A stretch of DNA of 50,175 nt from Candidatus Helarchaeota archaeon (GTDB lineage: Archaea > Asgardarchaeota > Lokiarchaeia > Helarchaeales > RDOG01). Both the position numbers and the translations under genes were made by a program. A model generated the notes under the pieces. It was given only the letters and a program-made list of their open reading frames with translations, did not search any database and was not told the origin of the DNA. This document shows positions 27,847 to 37,205 of this stretch, piece after piece (the first letter of the stretch is position 1; each line of letters starts with the position of its first letter). The stretch is from the NCBI GenBank assembly GCA_029838215.1, contig JALGVI010000051.1, forward strand, positions 1 through 50,175, in the 5' to 3' direction.

Positions 27847-28227
27847 ATGTCTGAAGATCATGGATCCGGATTAAGCCGACTTTTGGACGATTTTGAAAGA
27901 GATTCCGGCATTAGAGCATCTGCAATAGTAAGTAGGGATGGATTGGTCATGGCTTCAAAACTTCCCGCTGGAATTGATGAAGATACCGTTGCTGCAAATG
28001 CCGCAAGAATACTATTTCTCGGTGAAGCCACGGGAAAAGAACTTTCAAGGGGAAACCTGACCCAAGTTTTACTTGCATACGATGATGGGAGCATTGCACT
28101 TTCCGGGGCTGGTCCATATGCCGCCGTGATGGCTCTGGTTGACAAGGAATCGAAACTGGAATCTGGTGCAGTCCTATTCGCCATTAAAACATTGGCAAAT
28201 AAAGTACAATCCTTGCTAGAAGGGTAA
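27847..28227 (+). CDS. Roadblock/LC7 (MglB-like) domain protein
   Basis: GIRASAIVSRDGLVMAS.LP...DEDTVAA.AA.I..LGE...KEL.RG.L.QV. Confidence 0.92.
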   Translation: MSEDHGSGLSRLLDDFERDSGIRASAIVSRDGLVMASKLPAGIDEDTVAANAARILFLGEATGKELSRGNLTQVLLAYDDGSIALSGAGPYAAVMALVDKESKLESGAVLFAIKTLANKVQSLLEG

Positions 28228-28274
28228 ATTTTCTCAATCTCTCTCATTTTTCTTTCTAATTATTAAAAAAAAAT

Positions 28275-28787
28275 TCACTCATCCTTGTACCATTTTTCTA
28301 GAAACGTCATTGCTCGGGATGTTGAAGTCTTTGGATTCAAAGCCAATACGTTATTAATGAAATCAGGATATTTGTCCCGATCCAAGTGATGCCCCTTCTT
28401 CATTTGGTTCAAGCACTTCCCCCACTCCTTGAAAATGGAGAATTTCATGGTATGCCACTTCTCTCTCTTCAGGAATTCGTAAAGGCGCAAGCAATTTCCT
28501 AATCCTTTTACCTCCAAGCGAATTCTCCCCAAGCCTTTAGCCTCAAACTCGACACTCCGAATTTGATGGTAAATCGGGTATACTTTTATTCCTGCGTCAA
28601 GAAACATACGGCGAATTTCTTCAAATATATCTAAATCAGCAAAAAATGAATTCAAGACGAAACTCGGACGCGGATAATAATTGTTCTTGCCACCATGTTT
28701 CTGTAATGAAATCGCAAAAGAACCCCGACCTTCAATGAAGCCAATCAACCATTTTTTATCCATTTTGATTACCGAATTTATAGCCAC
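28275..28787 (-). CDS. Free-standing single-motif LAGLIDADG family protein, probably nuclease-dead
   Basis: WLIGFIEGRGSFAISL...RPSFVL...GL..C..L..FL...K...F..W..C..M..G.HL; catalytic acidic position is Arg. Confidence 0.8.
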   Translation of the reverse strand: MAINSVIKMDKKWLIGFIEGRGSFAISLQKHGGKNNYYPRPSFVLNSFFADLDIFEEIRRMFLDAGIKVYPIYHQIRSVEFEAKGLGRIRLEVKGLGNCLRLYEFLKREKWHTMKFSIFKEWGKCLNQMKKGHHLDRDKYPDFINNVLALNPKTSTSRAMTFLEKWYKDE

Positions 28788-29104
28788 TAATTACATATTC
28801 TAGTATGATATTAAATTTCTTTTGGTCATTCCTTACGTAAATTCGCCAAACACGCTCAAAATCACGAGCCACGTTTTTAACCTCGAATTTCTCGATTTCG
28901 ATTTGTCAATGACTTATGACACAATAGAAATATATTGATCTGCAAATAATAACTAGTTAGAATTAAATTCAAGGCATTTTTTTCGGGGAGATGTGTCAAC
29001 CAAAAAAGACACAATAAAAAGTCCTCGAAAAAATTTTGCACGATGAATTTCTGAAGAAATATTTGACTCTAAACTCTAATAATTTAATGATTTGTAAGTA
29101 ATAG

Positions 29105-31258
29105 GTGAAAAAATTGTCGACGCAAAGAAAAGCGCAATGGCTGAGACTTCCTTGCATTCGTTGTGGAACGGAAATACCCGAATTGATAGAGGGTGTTACT
29201 CTCAAGTGCTTACAATGTGGAGCGGATAATACATATACTGAGAGCAAGAAATATCTTGAGAAGTTAGCTAAAGACTACTTTGGTTCAATTCCTTCTATTG
29301 ATTTTATTGAGGATGCGAAGAAGAGATCTCAAACAATCACGGATCGTCTTAACAAGCTTCGCCAGAGGTTTAATGATCTTGAAGAAAGTTATCAGGAGAT
29401 GCAGAAGCACGCGATTGTCGCGACTCCATTGGAAAAATATGGAGTATCGGGGCGTAAAATTTTTGGTACGGTGAATCAGTATAATTCAATTGCTACATTG
29501 ATAAAGAATTACATTTTTCCGTTGGCATTAACGCAAGAAGAGTCGGCTCCCGCCCGTGAGCTTTATTATACGTCTGCATTTCGAGCTTCACTAAATTTGG
29601 GTACCTATAATACAATTGAGGCCCGTCGTGCCGATAATAATACGGAGGCGACAAAGCGATACGATAATGCATCACGCAATTTCAATAAAGCAATGGATGC
29701 GGCACAACAAGCCATTGATATTGGTTTTCAGGATTTTCGCACGAAGCGTGCTATAGCAGAGGCATCTTCTAGTTATGCCACGGGACTCGCTTCCATCACG
29801 CGAGGAAACCCTGATTATGGAACTCGCAAGTTCAAGCAGGTTCGGAGCATTTTAGAAGACGTTCTTTCGCGTGAACCGCGCGCCAAGATCGACCACGTTC
29901 GTGTCGGAATGATTGTATCCTTACAACCTTCCGTGAAGATGATTCTCAAGCAATTGAAAGAAGGGAAAAAGGTTAGAGAAGCCAGTAAGGTTCGTCTTTA
30001 TCCTTTGGATAAGAGCAAGGAAATCATTGACACGGTTCGTGAAACGAAAGAGTGGATTGAGAAACAAAAAGACCGGTTTGACGGCATTCTTAAGTTCTAT
30101 TATGATTTAAATTACGGTGAGAAGCTAGATTATACTTCGAGATACATCGAGCGATTTCAAGAATTCTTTGAAAATGCAAAGACGGTTTTTGATGAGACCA
30201 CGCGAGATATTATCAACAATCTTTCGGATGAATATAACTTCAAGGTAGGACAGCTCTTTCGACGACTGGAAGCGGCAGCCCGAGCGGCTGTTTTACCCGG
30301 CGAGTCCACACGAGAACAATTTGAAGAAGGTCGCAAGGAACTGGAAGCCATTGACGAGTTATATAAATCAGTCATGGCAACGCTCATTGATGCAACTTAT
30401 ACAATCAAGAAGACCGATTTCGCAGGAACTGCAGATCTTGCCATCAAACAGGCTCACGTGAAGTTCGATGATCTTACACGAATGGCGATTACTCAGTTGA
30501 TTCTCGATTATGATGAATCATCTCAACGCGTATTCGAACGCCTGATTCCAATTGCAGATAGCTCCAAGCTTCCTGGTGATGAAACTGTTGAGTATTTCCG
30601 GGATGCTCGAGCAGAAATTGACGGATTGGGATTCACGATATCCTCGCTTGTTGATGTTTCTTATGCTGTAAAACGAAAGGAATTTGAAGAAAGAATTCGT
30701 TCCGTTCAAATTAAACAACGGTCAAATTTCGACCGGATCGTGCGACGTGCGATACAAAGCATGGTTGGCGACTATTACATAACGAGACGGAAGATTACTG
30801 TATCGGCAGTACCAATTGCAAATTCCGCAGGGGCACTGGGTGAAAAAGCCATTGAAGAGATGGCAGAGGCGAAGAAAGACATCGACACCGCAGATGAGCA
30901 ATTAGAAAACGGCATCAATGCCTTGATTGCATCGAGTTATGCTGTCAAGCGTAATGAATTTCATGATGTCATCGTGAATAGTCAATACAATAGCGATCGT
31001 GATTTCACGGACAGCGTGCGAACTGCCATTAAATCACTGTTGAGCTTTACGGCAATGCCTCGATGGAAGATGATCCGACAGCGAAAATCCCTCATCGAGC
31101 AAGGAGAACGTTCCATGGCTCGTGGACGATATGCATTGGCGGCTCGTGCATTTGCTGATGCTGCCAAGTTATCCTCCGAGTTAGGTGAACTAGACAAGGC
31201 AAAAGAACTCGAAGAACGTGCTCGTGGAATGGATCGACTATCCAGCATGATCGGATAA
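29105..31258 (+). CDS. Large helical protein with N-terminal Zn ribbon, TPR-like region and three ~90-aa internal repeats
   Basis: CIRCG..CLQCG; recurring L(I/V)D(A/V)(T/S)Y(T/A)(I/V)K(K/R).(D/E)F-like motif. Confidence 0.7.
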   Translation: MKKLSTQRKAQWLRLPCIRCGTEIPELIEGVTLKCLQCGADNTYTESKKYLEKLAKDYFGSIPSIDFIEDAKKRSQTITDRLNKLRQRFNDLEESYQEMQKHAIVATPLEKYGVSGRKIFGTVNQYNSIATLIKNYIFPLALTQEESAPARELYYTSAFRASLNLGTYNTIEARRADNNTEATKRYDNASRNFNKAMDAAQQAIDIGFQDFRTKRAIAEASSSYATGLASITRGNPDYGTRKFKQVRSILEDVLSREPRAKIDHVRVGMIVSLQPSVKMILKQLKEGKKVREASKVRLYPLDKSKEIIDTVRETKEWIEKQKDRFDGILKFYYDLNYGEKLDYTSRYIERFQEFFENAKTVFDETTRDIINNLSDEYNFKVGQLFRRLEAAARAAVLPGESTREQFEEGRKELEAIDELYKSVMATLIDATYTIKKTDFAGTADLAIKQAHVKFDDLTRMAITQLILDYDESSQRVFERLIPIADSSKLPGDETVEYFRDARAEIDGLGFTISSLVDVSYAVKRKEFEERIRSVQIKQRSNFDRIVRRAIQSMVGDYYITRRKITVSAVPIANSAGALGEKAIEEMAEAKKDIDTADEQLENGINALIASSYAVKRNEFHDVIVNSQYNSDRDFTDSVRTAIKSLLSFTAMPRWKMIRQRKSLIEQGERSMARGRYALAARAFADAAKLSSELGELDKAKELEERARGMDRLSSMIG

Positions 31259-31325
31259 AATTATATTCCCAATTTCTTTTTTTTAATTCAATTCATTTTC
31301 AAGATATTTAGGATGTTATATCGCA

Positions 31326-32729
31326 TTGCTATCCATTTTCAATGATTTAACTCGTAAAAAAGAAGTGTTTCAGTCAATTGAACCCAAAAAGGTAAAGATG
31401 TACGTGTGTGGACCAACGGTATATGATGAATGTCATATTGGGCACGCACGATCTTTTGTCATGTTCGATATAGTGCGCAGGTATTTGGAATACTTGGGAT
31501 ATGAGACTACTTACGTGATGAATTTCACGGATGTTGATGATAAGATGATCAAGCGCGCACGGGAAGAGGGCTTGACCATTTTCGATCTAGCAGAACGCTA
31601 TATTAAGCACTTCCATGAAGACATGAGTGCTCTGAACGTAAAACCTGCAACGTTCCATCCGCGTGCAACAGAATGCATTCCTGAAATGATTAAATTCATC
31701 GAAATTCTCTTGGAAAAAGGACACGCATACCGATCAAACGGAAACATATATTTTGATGTGCGAAGCATCCAAAATTACGGAGCTCTGTCGGGGAATCCCC
31801 TTCCTGAAACCAAAACTATTTGCACGAAACACCCGGGCGAAAAGAGATCTGTTGAAGATTTTGCTCTTTGGAAACAAAAAAAAGAAAGTGAACCTGCTTG
31901 GCAATCACCGTGGGGTGAAGGTCGTCCCGGATGGCACCTTGAATGCAGCACGATGTGCTTGAAGTATCTTGCAGAAACCATAGACATTCATGGTGGTGGA
32001 CGAGACTTGATTTTTCCACATCATGAAAATGAAATTGCGCAAAGCGAAGCTGCTAACGGGAAGAAATTCGTAAATTTCTGGCTTCACAACGGATTTGTCA
32101 ACATAAATAAGGAAAAAATGTCCAAATCACTCGGCAATTTCCTAACAATTAAACAAGTTCTTGAGAAATACCATCCCATGGTCATCAGACTATTTCTCCT
32201 GTCTGCGCATTACCGACGTCCTTTGAATTATGAACCAGAAAATATCATTCCCTTTAAAATGACACATAGCCGGTTCACCAATGCACTCCAACTTAGTGCA
32301 CAAATAAAAGAAGGTGAACAAGTCGTCAGAACGGAAGATCCGGAATTTGAAAACGTAATAAAAGAATGTGAAAACGAATTCCTTGAAGCCATGAATGACG
32401 ATTTTAACACACCTCTTGCACTCGTTGCAGTTCAACGATTGGCAAAAGAAATAAATCAATATAGTACGGCTAAAGAAATTCCCCCAATTCCGCTATTTCG
32501 TAAAGCGCACGAGCTACTCACGACCTTTGGGGAAATTTTAGGCATAAATGAAAAAATAGCAGAAGATGATGTTTTAATGGAACCGATTTTAGAGATCCTA
32601 TTAGATGTTAGAAACGAATTACGCAAAACAAAAAATTATAAACTTGCCGATGAAATTCGTGATCGCTTAAAAGCTATCGGAATAAAGATTGATGACTTTG
32701 CAGGGCAAACAAAATGGACTAAGGACTAA
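31326..32729 (+). CDS. cysS: Cysteine--tRNA ligase
   Basis: MYVCGPTVYD..HIGH, GRPGWHLEC, HGGGRDLIFPHHENE, KMSKS; TTG start. Confidence 0.97.
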   Translation: MLSIFNDLTRKKEVFQSIEPKKVKMYVCGPTVYDECHIGHARSFVMFDIVRRYLEYLGYETTYVMNFTDVDDKMIKRAREEGLTIFDLAERYIKHFHEDMSALNVKPATFHPRATECIPEMIKFIEILLEKGHAYRSNGNIYFDVRSIQNYGALSGNPLPETKTICTKHPGEKRSVEDFALWKQKKESEPAWQSPWGEGRPGWHLECSTMCLKYLAETIDIHGGGRDLIFPHHENEIAQSEAANGKKFVNFWLHNGFVNINKEKMSKSLGNFLTIKQVLEKYHPMVIRLFLLSAHYRRPLNYEPENIIPFKMTHSRFTNALQLSAQIKEGEQVVRTEDPEFENVIKECENEFLEAMNDDFNTPLALVAVQRLAKEINQYSTAKEIPPIPLFRKAHELLTTFGEILGINEKIAEDDVLMEPILEILLDVRNELRKTKNYKLADEIRDRLKAIGIKIDDFAGQTKWTKD

Positions 32730-32878
32730 TTCTATCCATTTATTTTGAGCGAAATCGTGTTCATTTGCCTTCAAATGATGCTCGAAATTAACTGAACCAA
32801 AGATTTTTTAACTTAAATTCGTTTAAGATCATCACGAATCTCACAAGCATGAATACTTAGTAAAAGAATGCGATTCCC

Positions 32879-33205
32879 ATGGGTGAAAAATTCGACGTAT
32901 TAAAGATATTGGACGTAATGGGTGTACTTTTTGGTTTTTATTTCTTGGGAACCTTTGCATTTATAATGATTTCCGACATAGTGTTTGATACACTAATGGT
33001 AAAACCGGGAATAAGCACGATTTTGATTTTTTCGGGAATCCTCTGCGTGGTTTCCTTCGGATTCCGAACGCTTATTGCGCAAAATAAGGAAGAACCCGAA
33101 TATGAAAGAATCGCAAGGAAATATTTCTTCACGTGGCTAATTTTATTGATCGTTTTAATGTATATTGGCGTGGTTTCTATCATTTTCCCCATCCCAAACT
33201 CTTAA
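32879..33205 (+). CDS. Small membrane protein, three predicted TM segments
   Basis: 108 aa with three hydrophobic stretches. Confidence 0.6.
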   Translation: MGEKFDVLKILDVMGVLFGFYFLGTFAFIMISDIVFDTLMVKPGISTILIFSGILCVVSFGFRTLIAQNKEEPEYERIARKYFFTWLILLIVLMYIGVVSIIFPIPNS

Positions 33206-33218
33206 GGAGTTATTCCCC

Positions 33219-33665
33219 ATGACTAAATGGCAAAAAATTAAAAAAATGCAACAACAACAGAAAGCAGGCAAGCAAGGCATGGGAGGAATGTCAAACCGTC
33301 AGATGAAGCGAATGATGCGGGGAAAAGGTGGAATGCCAAAAGGAATGGATATCGAAGAATTCCCCGACGTGGAAAAAGTCGTTCTTCATCTCCCTGATCG
33401 GGAAATAACCATCATTCCGGAAAACGTGACGAAAATGGTTCTTCCGCAAGGTGATCTATTTCAAATCTTGGGAAAAACCGAAGAAAACTTAGAAGAAGAA
33501 ACAGGATTGTCCGAGACTTCTGATGAAACTGCAATCTCTCAAAGAGATATTGAGTTGGTGGCACAACAGGCTGGCGTTAGTCCCGAAGAGGCTTTAGAAG
33601 CATTGACAAAGGCGGACGGAAACATAGCTAGAGCTATCCTGCAATTAAAACAATCTATTGCTTAA
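33219..33665 (+). CDS. nac: Nascent polypeptide-associated complex protein
   Basis: NRQMKRMM, IEEFPDVEKVVL, DIELVAQQAGVS.EEA.EAL..ADG.IARAI UBA; ATG 33219 after AAGGAG. Confidence 0.92.
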   Translation: MTKWQKIKKMQQQQKAGKQGMGGMSNRQMKRMMRGKGGMPKGMDIEEFPDVEKVVLHLPDREITIIPENVTKMVLPQGDLFQILGKTEENLEEETGLSETSDETAISQRDIELVAQQAGVSPEEALEALTKADGNIARAILQLKQSIA

Positions 33666-34171
33666 CTTCTCTTCATTCCATGCCGCGTGTGCACGGCGAG
33701 ACCTCTATTGAAATCCTCTATTTCTTTTTGATTCAGGAGCATCCTACCCACTCCTAGTAATGAGTCCTGCTCATCTACTATCATGACTTCTCCATGCGGT
33801 CTTAGATCTCCATCTACTCGCTTGACGTGCTTGGCAAAAACATTTCTTCCCTCTCTAATGAAAGGCGCAACATCACTTTGAACCACGACCCGCAAGCGTG
33901 GTGATTTCACGATTTTTTGCATCAATAATGCACCATCTAAAGAAAGTGTAAACATTCCATCTGTTGGTTTCAACGTGCAAATTAATCTTCCATCAACATG
34001 TACGAAGCGAATTTTATTTGTCTTTTTTGAACGTGAAAGAACACAATGATCCGGAAAAAAAATTCGCGCTTCCTTGCCCGCTAAATCAAATTGATATTGA
34101 AGAATGAGTCGAATTTGTCGTAAAAAGAATTTAAACATTGAATCTCGTGAATCTATCCTTTCCACGCTCAA
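33662..34171 (-). CDS. PUA-domain protein (archaeosine TGT C-terminal-like)
   Basis: YQF, SKKTNKIRFV..DG, RVVV..D..PFIREGRNVFAKHV, LLGVG..L. Confidence 0.85.
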   Translation of the reverse strand: MSVERIDSRDSMFKFFLRQIRLILQYQFDLAGKEARIFFPDHCVLSRSKKTNKIRFVHVDGRLICTLKPTDGMFTLSLDGALLMQKIVKSPRLRVVVQSDVAPFIREGRNVFAKHVKRVDGDLRPHGEVMIVDEQDSLLGVGRMLLNQKEIEDFNRGLAVHTRHGMKRS

Positions 34172-34258
34172 TTACTCCAAAAAGTCCCTGCAGAAATGCT
34201 AATCAAGCAAGTTTCTTTAAGATTGCTTTCTCCAAAATAAAAAGAAATAGTTATTAGT

Positions 34259-35572
34259 TTACGTGTATAATGCACACGAGGATCGCTCTTGCTTTCTTTC
34301 GAGAACCTTTAAGATTGAATTCACAAAATCTTCCATTTTTATGACAGTCTTTCGAATTTGGGCTTTGTATTCTTTTGCTGTTATCTTTCTGTCCTTCATG
34401 TCATTTTCAAGGTTTAAATAACGTCGGATTGCGAACATGCCTGCTTCCATGCAAATCGCTTTAATATCCGCACCACTGATTTTTTCAATCGTGCCTTTAA
34501 TGTCAACTCTTCTGAGTCCCGATGATTTCTTGTACTCATTCACGATTTCTGAAAATGATAGATCGGGATTCTCAAGATTCATGCTTCGTGAATGAATTTT
34601 GAAGATCTCGTTCTGAGCGTGTTCATCTGGAAAGTCAAAATGAATGATTCGGTCGAATCTTCCAGGACGAAGAAGTGCTTCGTCAAGGATATCAGGTCTA
34701 TTTGTCGCCGCTAAGATTCTCACTTCTCCTCTTGATTCAAAACCGTCTAAAGTACTTAATAATTGCATGAGTGTTCGTTGGACTTCTCTATCTCCACTTG
34801 TGGCGACCTCCAAACGCTTGCAACCAATTGCATCCAACTCATCAATAAAGACAATGCTGGGCGCTTTTTCCTTTGCCAATTGAAAAACTTCTCTGACCAA
34901 TCGGGCGCCTTCACCAATGAACTTTTGAACCAATTCAGAACCGATAATACGGATAAACGTGGCTCTTGTTTCATGGGCAACTGCCTTTGCTAAAAGAGTT
35001 TTACCAGTTCCTGGAGGCCCGCACAATAACACGCCTTTAGGAGGATCGATTCCGATTCGCTCATATAATTCCGGGTGCGTGAAAGGATACTCTGTGGTTT
35101 CCCTGATTTCATTGATCTGCTTTTTCAATCCACCAATATCAGAATAATCGTAAACGGGCGCCTCATCAACTTCCATCGCCTGCACGAGAGGATCTTTCGA
35201 GGAAGGAAGCACCTCAAGGATTGCGAAATTCCGCTGGTTCAAAGCAACGCGCACGCCGGGTGCGATTTTTTTCTTCGGAATTATTCCCGATGCGTGAACG
35301 ACAAATTGAGGACCTGTCGAACTCTTGACAATGACCCGGTTGTCTTCTAATACGTCCACTACATCAGCGGTGACCAAAGGCGTCTTCTTCATTCGGTCGA
35401 GCTCGGTCCGAATTGTCCGAAGTTCTCGTTCCAACCGGATTTTCTCAGCTTCTATTAACTGTTTTTCCGTTTCTAAAGTCCGAATACGACGCTCCAAATG
35501 CCGCGTGTAAGATATCAAATATTGATTATTTTCTTCATAACTTCTCGCTTTTTTAGTCGTTTTTTCAGCCAC
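34259..35572 (-). CDS. pan: Proteasome-activating nucleotidase
   Basis: Coiled coil plus OB domain, GPPGTGKT, FIDELD, EVQRTLMQLL, ATNRPDILDEALLRPGRFDR, C-terminal HbYX (LYT). Confidence 0.96.
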   Translation of the reverse strand: MAEKTTKKARSYEENNQYLISYTRHLERRIRTLETEKQLIEAEKIRLERELRTIRTELDRMKKTPLVTADVVDVLEDNRVIVKSSTGPQFVVHASGIIPKKKIAPGVRVALNQRNFAILEVLPSSKDPLVQAMEVDEAPVYDYSDIGGLKKQINEIRETTEYPFTHPELYERIGIDPPKGVLLCGPPGTGKTLLAKAVAHETRATFIRIIGSELVQKFIGEGARLVREVFQLAKEKAPSIVFIDELDAIGCKRLEVATSGDREVQRTLMQLLSTLDGFESRGEVRILAATNRPDILDEALLRPGRFDRIIHFDFPDEHAQNEIFKIHSRSMNLENPDLSFSEIVNEYKKSSGLRRVDIKGTIEKISGADIKAICMEAGMFAIRRYLNLENDMKDRKITAKEYKAQIRKTVIKMEDFVNSILKVLERKQERSSCALYT

Positions 35573-35722
35573 GGAGATTCCTCCAATCCTCTGGGAGGAA
35601 AGAAGTCCTTTCCTTTCTAGAGTTTTGATTGGTTTAATTTCATGATAGGAAGGTATTCATGATACAAATATTTTATTGAACGATTTTCCTACTTTTTTCA
35701 TCTTATATAGAAAAACTCTTTC

Positions 35723-36169
35723 TTAATAAAGACTGACTTTGATGCCTGAAAGCAACAGAAAAAAAGCTAAAAACAGGTCAAAGTTCGATTTTTGGCTGTA
35801 ACGGTCATTCGTGATGATCGCAATAGAATTAGAAACGAAATGAGTTGCTACGATCATTCGATCGTGTAATTCAGGAATTTGAATTTTTAAAAATTTTTTC
35901 CAACACTCTAAATCCATGTCCTTTAAAAAGATAGATTCTGAATCTCTAACAACTTCAAAAATATTAGAAAGCTTCTCAATAGGAATTAATTTACCAAAAA
36001 TTTCCTTCCTTTTTAGAATTGCATATATTACTTCTCCAAGAACAATACTTGGCAATATTAAAGAAATCTCATCATTTTCTGCTCTTTGAAAAACCTCATC
36101 GCTTTTTGGAGGAAGTGCATCGACAATAAACGCCAGAAAGGCTACAGCATCGATCGTATACGTTTCCAA
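35723..36169 (-). CDS. vapC: VapC PIN-domain toxin, atypical C-terminus
   Basis: YTIDAVAF, VLGEV, ELHDRMIVAT, IITND. Confidence 0.8.
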   Translation of the reverse strand: METYTIDAVAFLAFIVDALPPKSDEVFQRAENDEISLILPSIVLGEVIYAILKRKEIFGKLIPIEKLSNIFEVVRDSESIFLKDMDLECWKKFLKIQIPELHDRMIVATHFVSNSIAIITNDRYSQKSNFDLFLAFFLLLSGIKVSLY

Positions 36170-36172
36170 TTA

Positions 36173-36412
36173 TTATAACTTCCATTTTTTGCGTTCTTCT
36201 TTGATTATTTCTTCTACTTCTTTAAAGTTGATCTCCTTAAAAATTCCCCGTAAACTCCGTAAACTATGACTTTTAGACTTCAATAATATACCTTCAGGCG
36301 TTGGGATTAGCTCTAATTCCACATTTTCTCCGAAATGATATTTTTCCCGTAAATCTTTTGGTATTGTGATCTGCCCTTTCTTTGAAATTTTGACTTTATT
36401 CATCTGCACCAA
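36173..36412 (-). CDS. AbrB/MazE/SpoVT-family antitoxin
   Basis: KISKKGQITIPKDLREKY..GE.VE; 3 nt upstream of the toxin. Confidence 0.9.
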   Translation of the reverse strand: MVQMNKVKISKKGQITIPKDLREKYHFGENVELELIPTPEGILLKSKSHSLRSLRGIFKEINFKEVEEIIKEERKKWKL

Positions 36413-36416
36413 TTAA

Positions 36417-36455
36417 TATTCGGAATGATGGAATTTAGGTCTTACCATCCGAATA
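36417..36455. promoter_or_regulatory. Imperfect inverted repeat, candidate TA autoregulatory operator
   Basis: tattcgg-aatg-atgg ... ccat-ccgaata immediately upstream of the antitoxin. Confidence 0.5.
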
Positions 36456-36536
36456 AGAATCCATTTTTTTAAAGATGCTCTTAATGACTGTCATGGATTT
36501 TTATCGAATAATGATTTGAATTATTAAATTATTCAT

Positions 36537-37070
36537 TTATCCTATTCGTCTTTTCTGTTTCACGAGTGACTGAGCTAGCTGGTGGAACGCTTTTTCCACG
36601 TTCATGTCTGTTTTTGCCGAAGTTTCGATAAAGTCCATGCCCAGCTCTTCCGCCAACTTTCTCCCTTCTTCGGAAGAAACTACTGGTTCTAGATCCATTT
36701 TATTTGCCACGAGTATTTCTTCGTGATCCTCTTGAATGGTGTTCACGATTTCAGTCTTCCAGTTCCTGATCGACGTAAAAGATTCTTCTCTAGTGACATC
36801 ATAAACGTAAAATACACCTTGTGCATTTATGTAAAACTGTTTTCTCGCCTGGTGAAATAATTCTTGTCCTGCAATGTCCCACAAGATTAGTTTAATTTTC
36901 GTTCCATCCTCCTCTTCGTATTCCTTTCTCAATAAATTTGCACCCAACGTTGGCATGTAGTTGCTTTGAAAAGTATTCTTTACAAAACGATTAATGAGAC
37001 TCGTTTTTCCTACTGAATAGTCTCCCACGACGCAAATTTTGAATTTGAATAGCGATGACATGAAATCCAC
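36537..37070 (-). CDS. Rab-like small GTPase (Ras superfamily)
   Basis: GDYSVGKTS, PTLG, WDIAGQE, YDVT, NKMD, ETSAK. Confidence 0.95.
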   Translation of the reverse strand: MDFMSSLFKFKICVVGDYSVGKTSLINRFVKNTFQSNYMPTLGANLLRKEYEEEDGTKIKLILWDIAGQELFHQARKQFYINAQGVFYVYDVTREESFTSIRNWKTEIVNTIQEDHEEILVANKMDLEPVVSSEEGRKLAEELGMDFIETSAKTDMNVEKAFHQLAQSLVKQKRRIG

Positions 37071-37205
37071 CTGTTTTAATTATGAATTGACTTGCTTCCT
37101 CCTTCTAAAATTTGAAATTCAAGATCAAGAATTGATCAAGTTGATTTTATTTAAAAAAGATATAAATAATTCAGAATAAAAGAAATTCCTAAGAATCATG
37201 TTAAT

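Noticed and set aside
28275-28787. LAGLIDADG gene as part of an intron or intein
   Set aside because: Flanks are a complete roadblock gene and intergenic DNA; no interrupted host gene or splicing motifs
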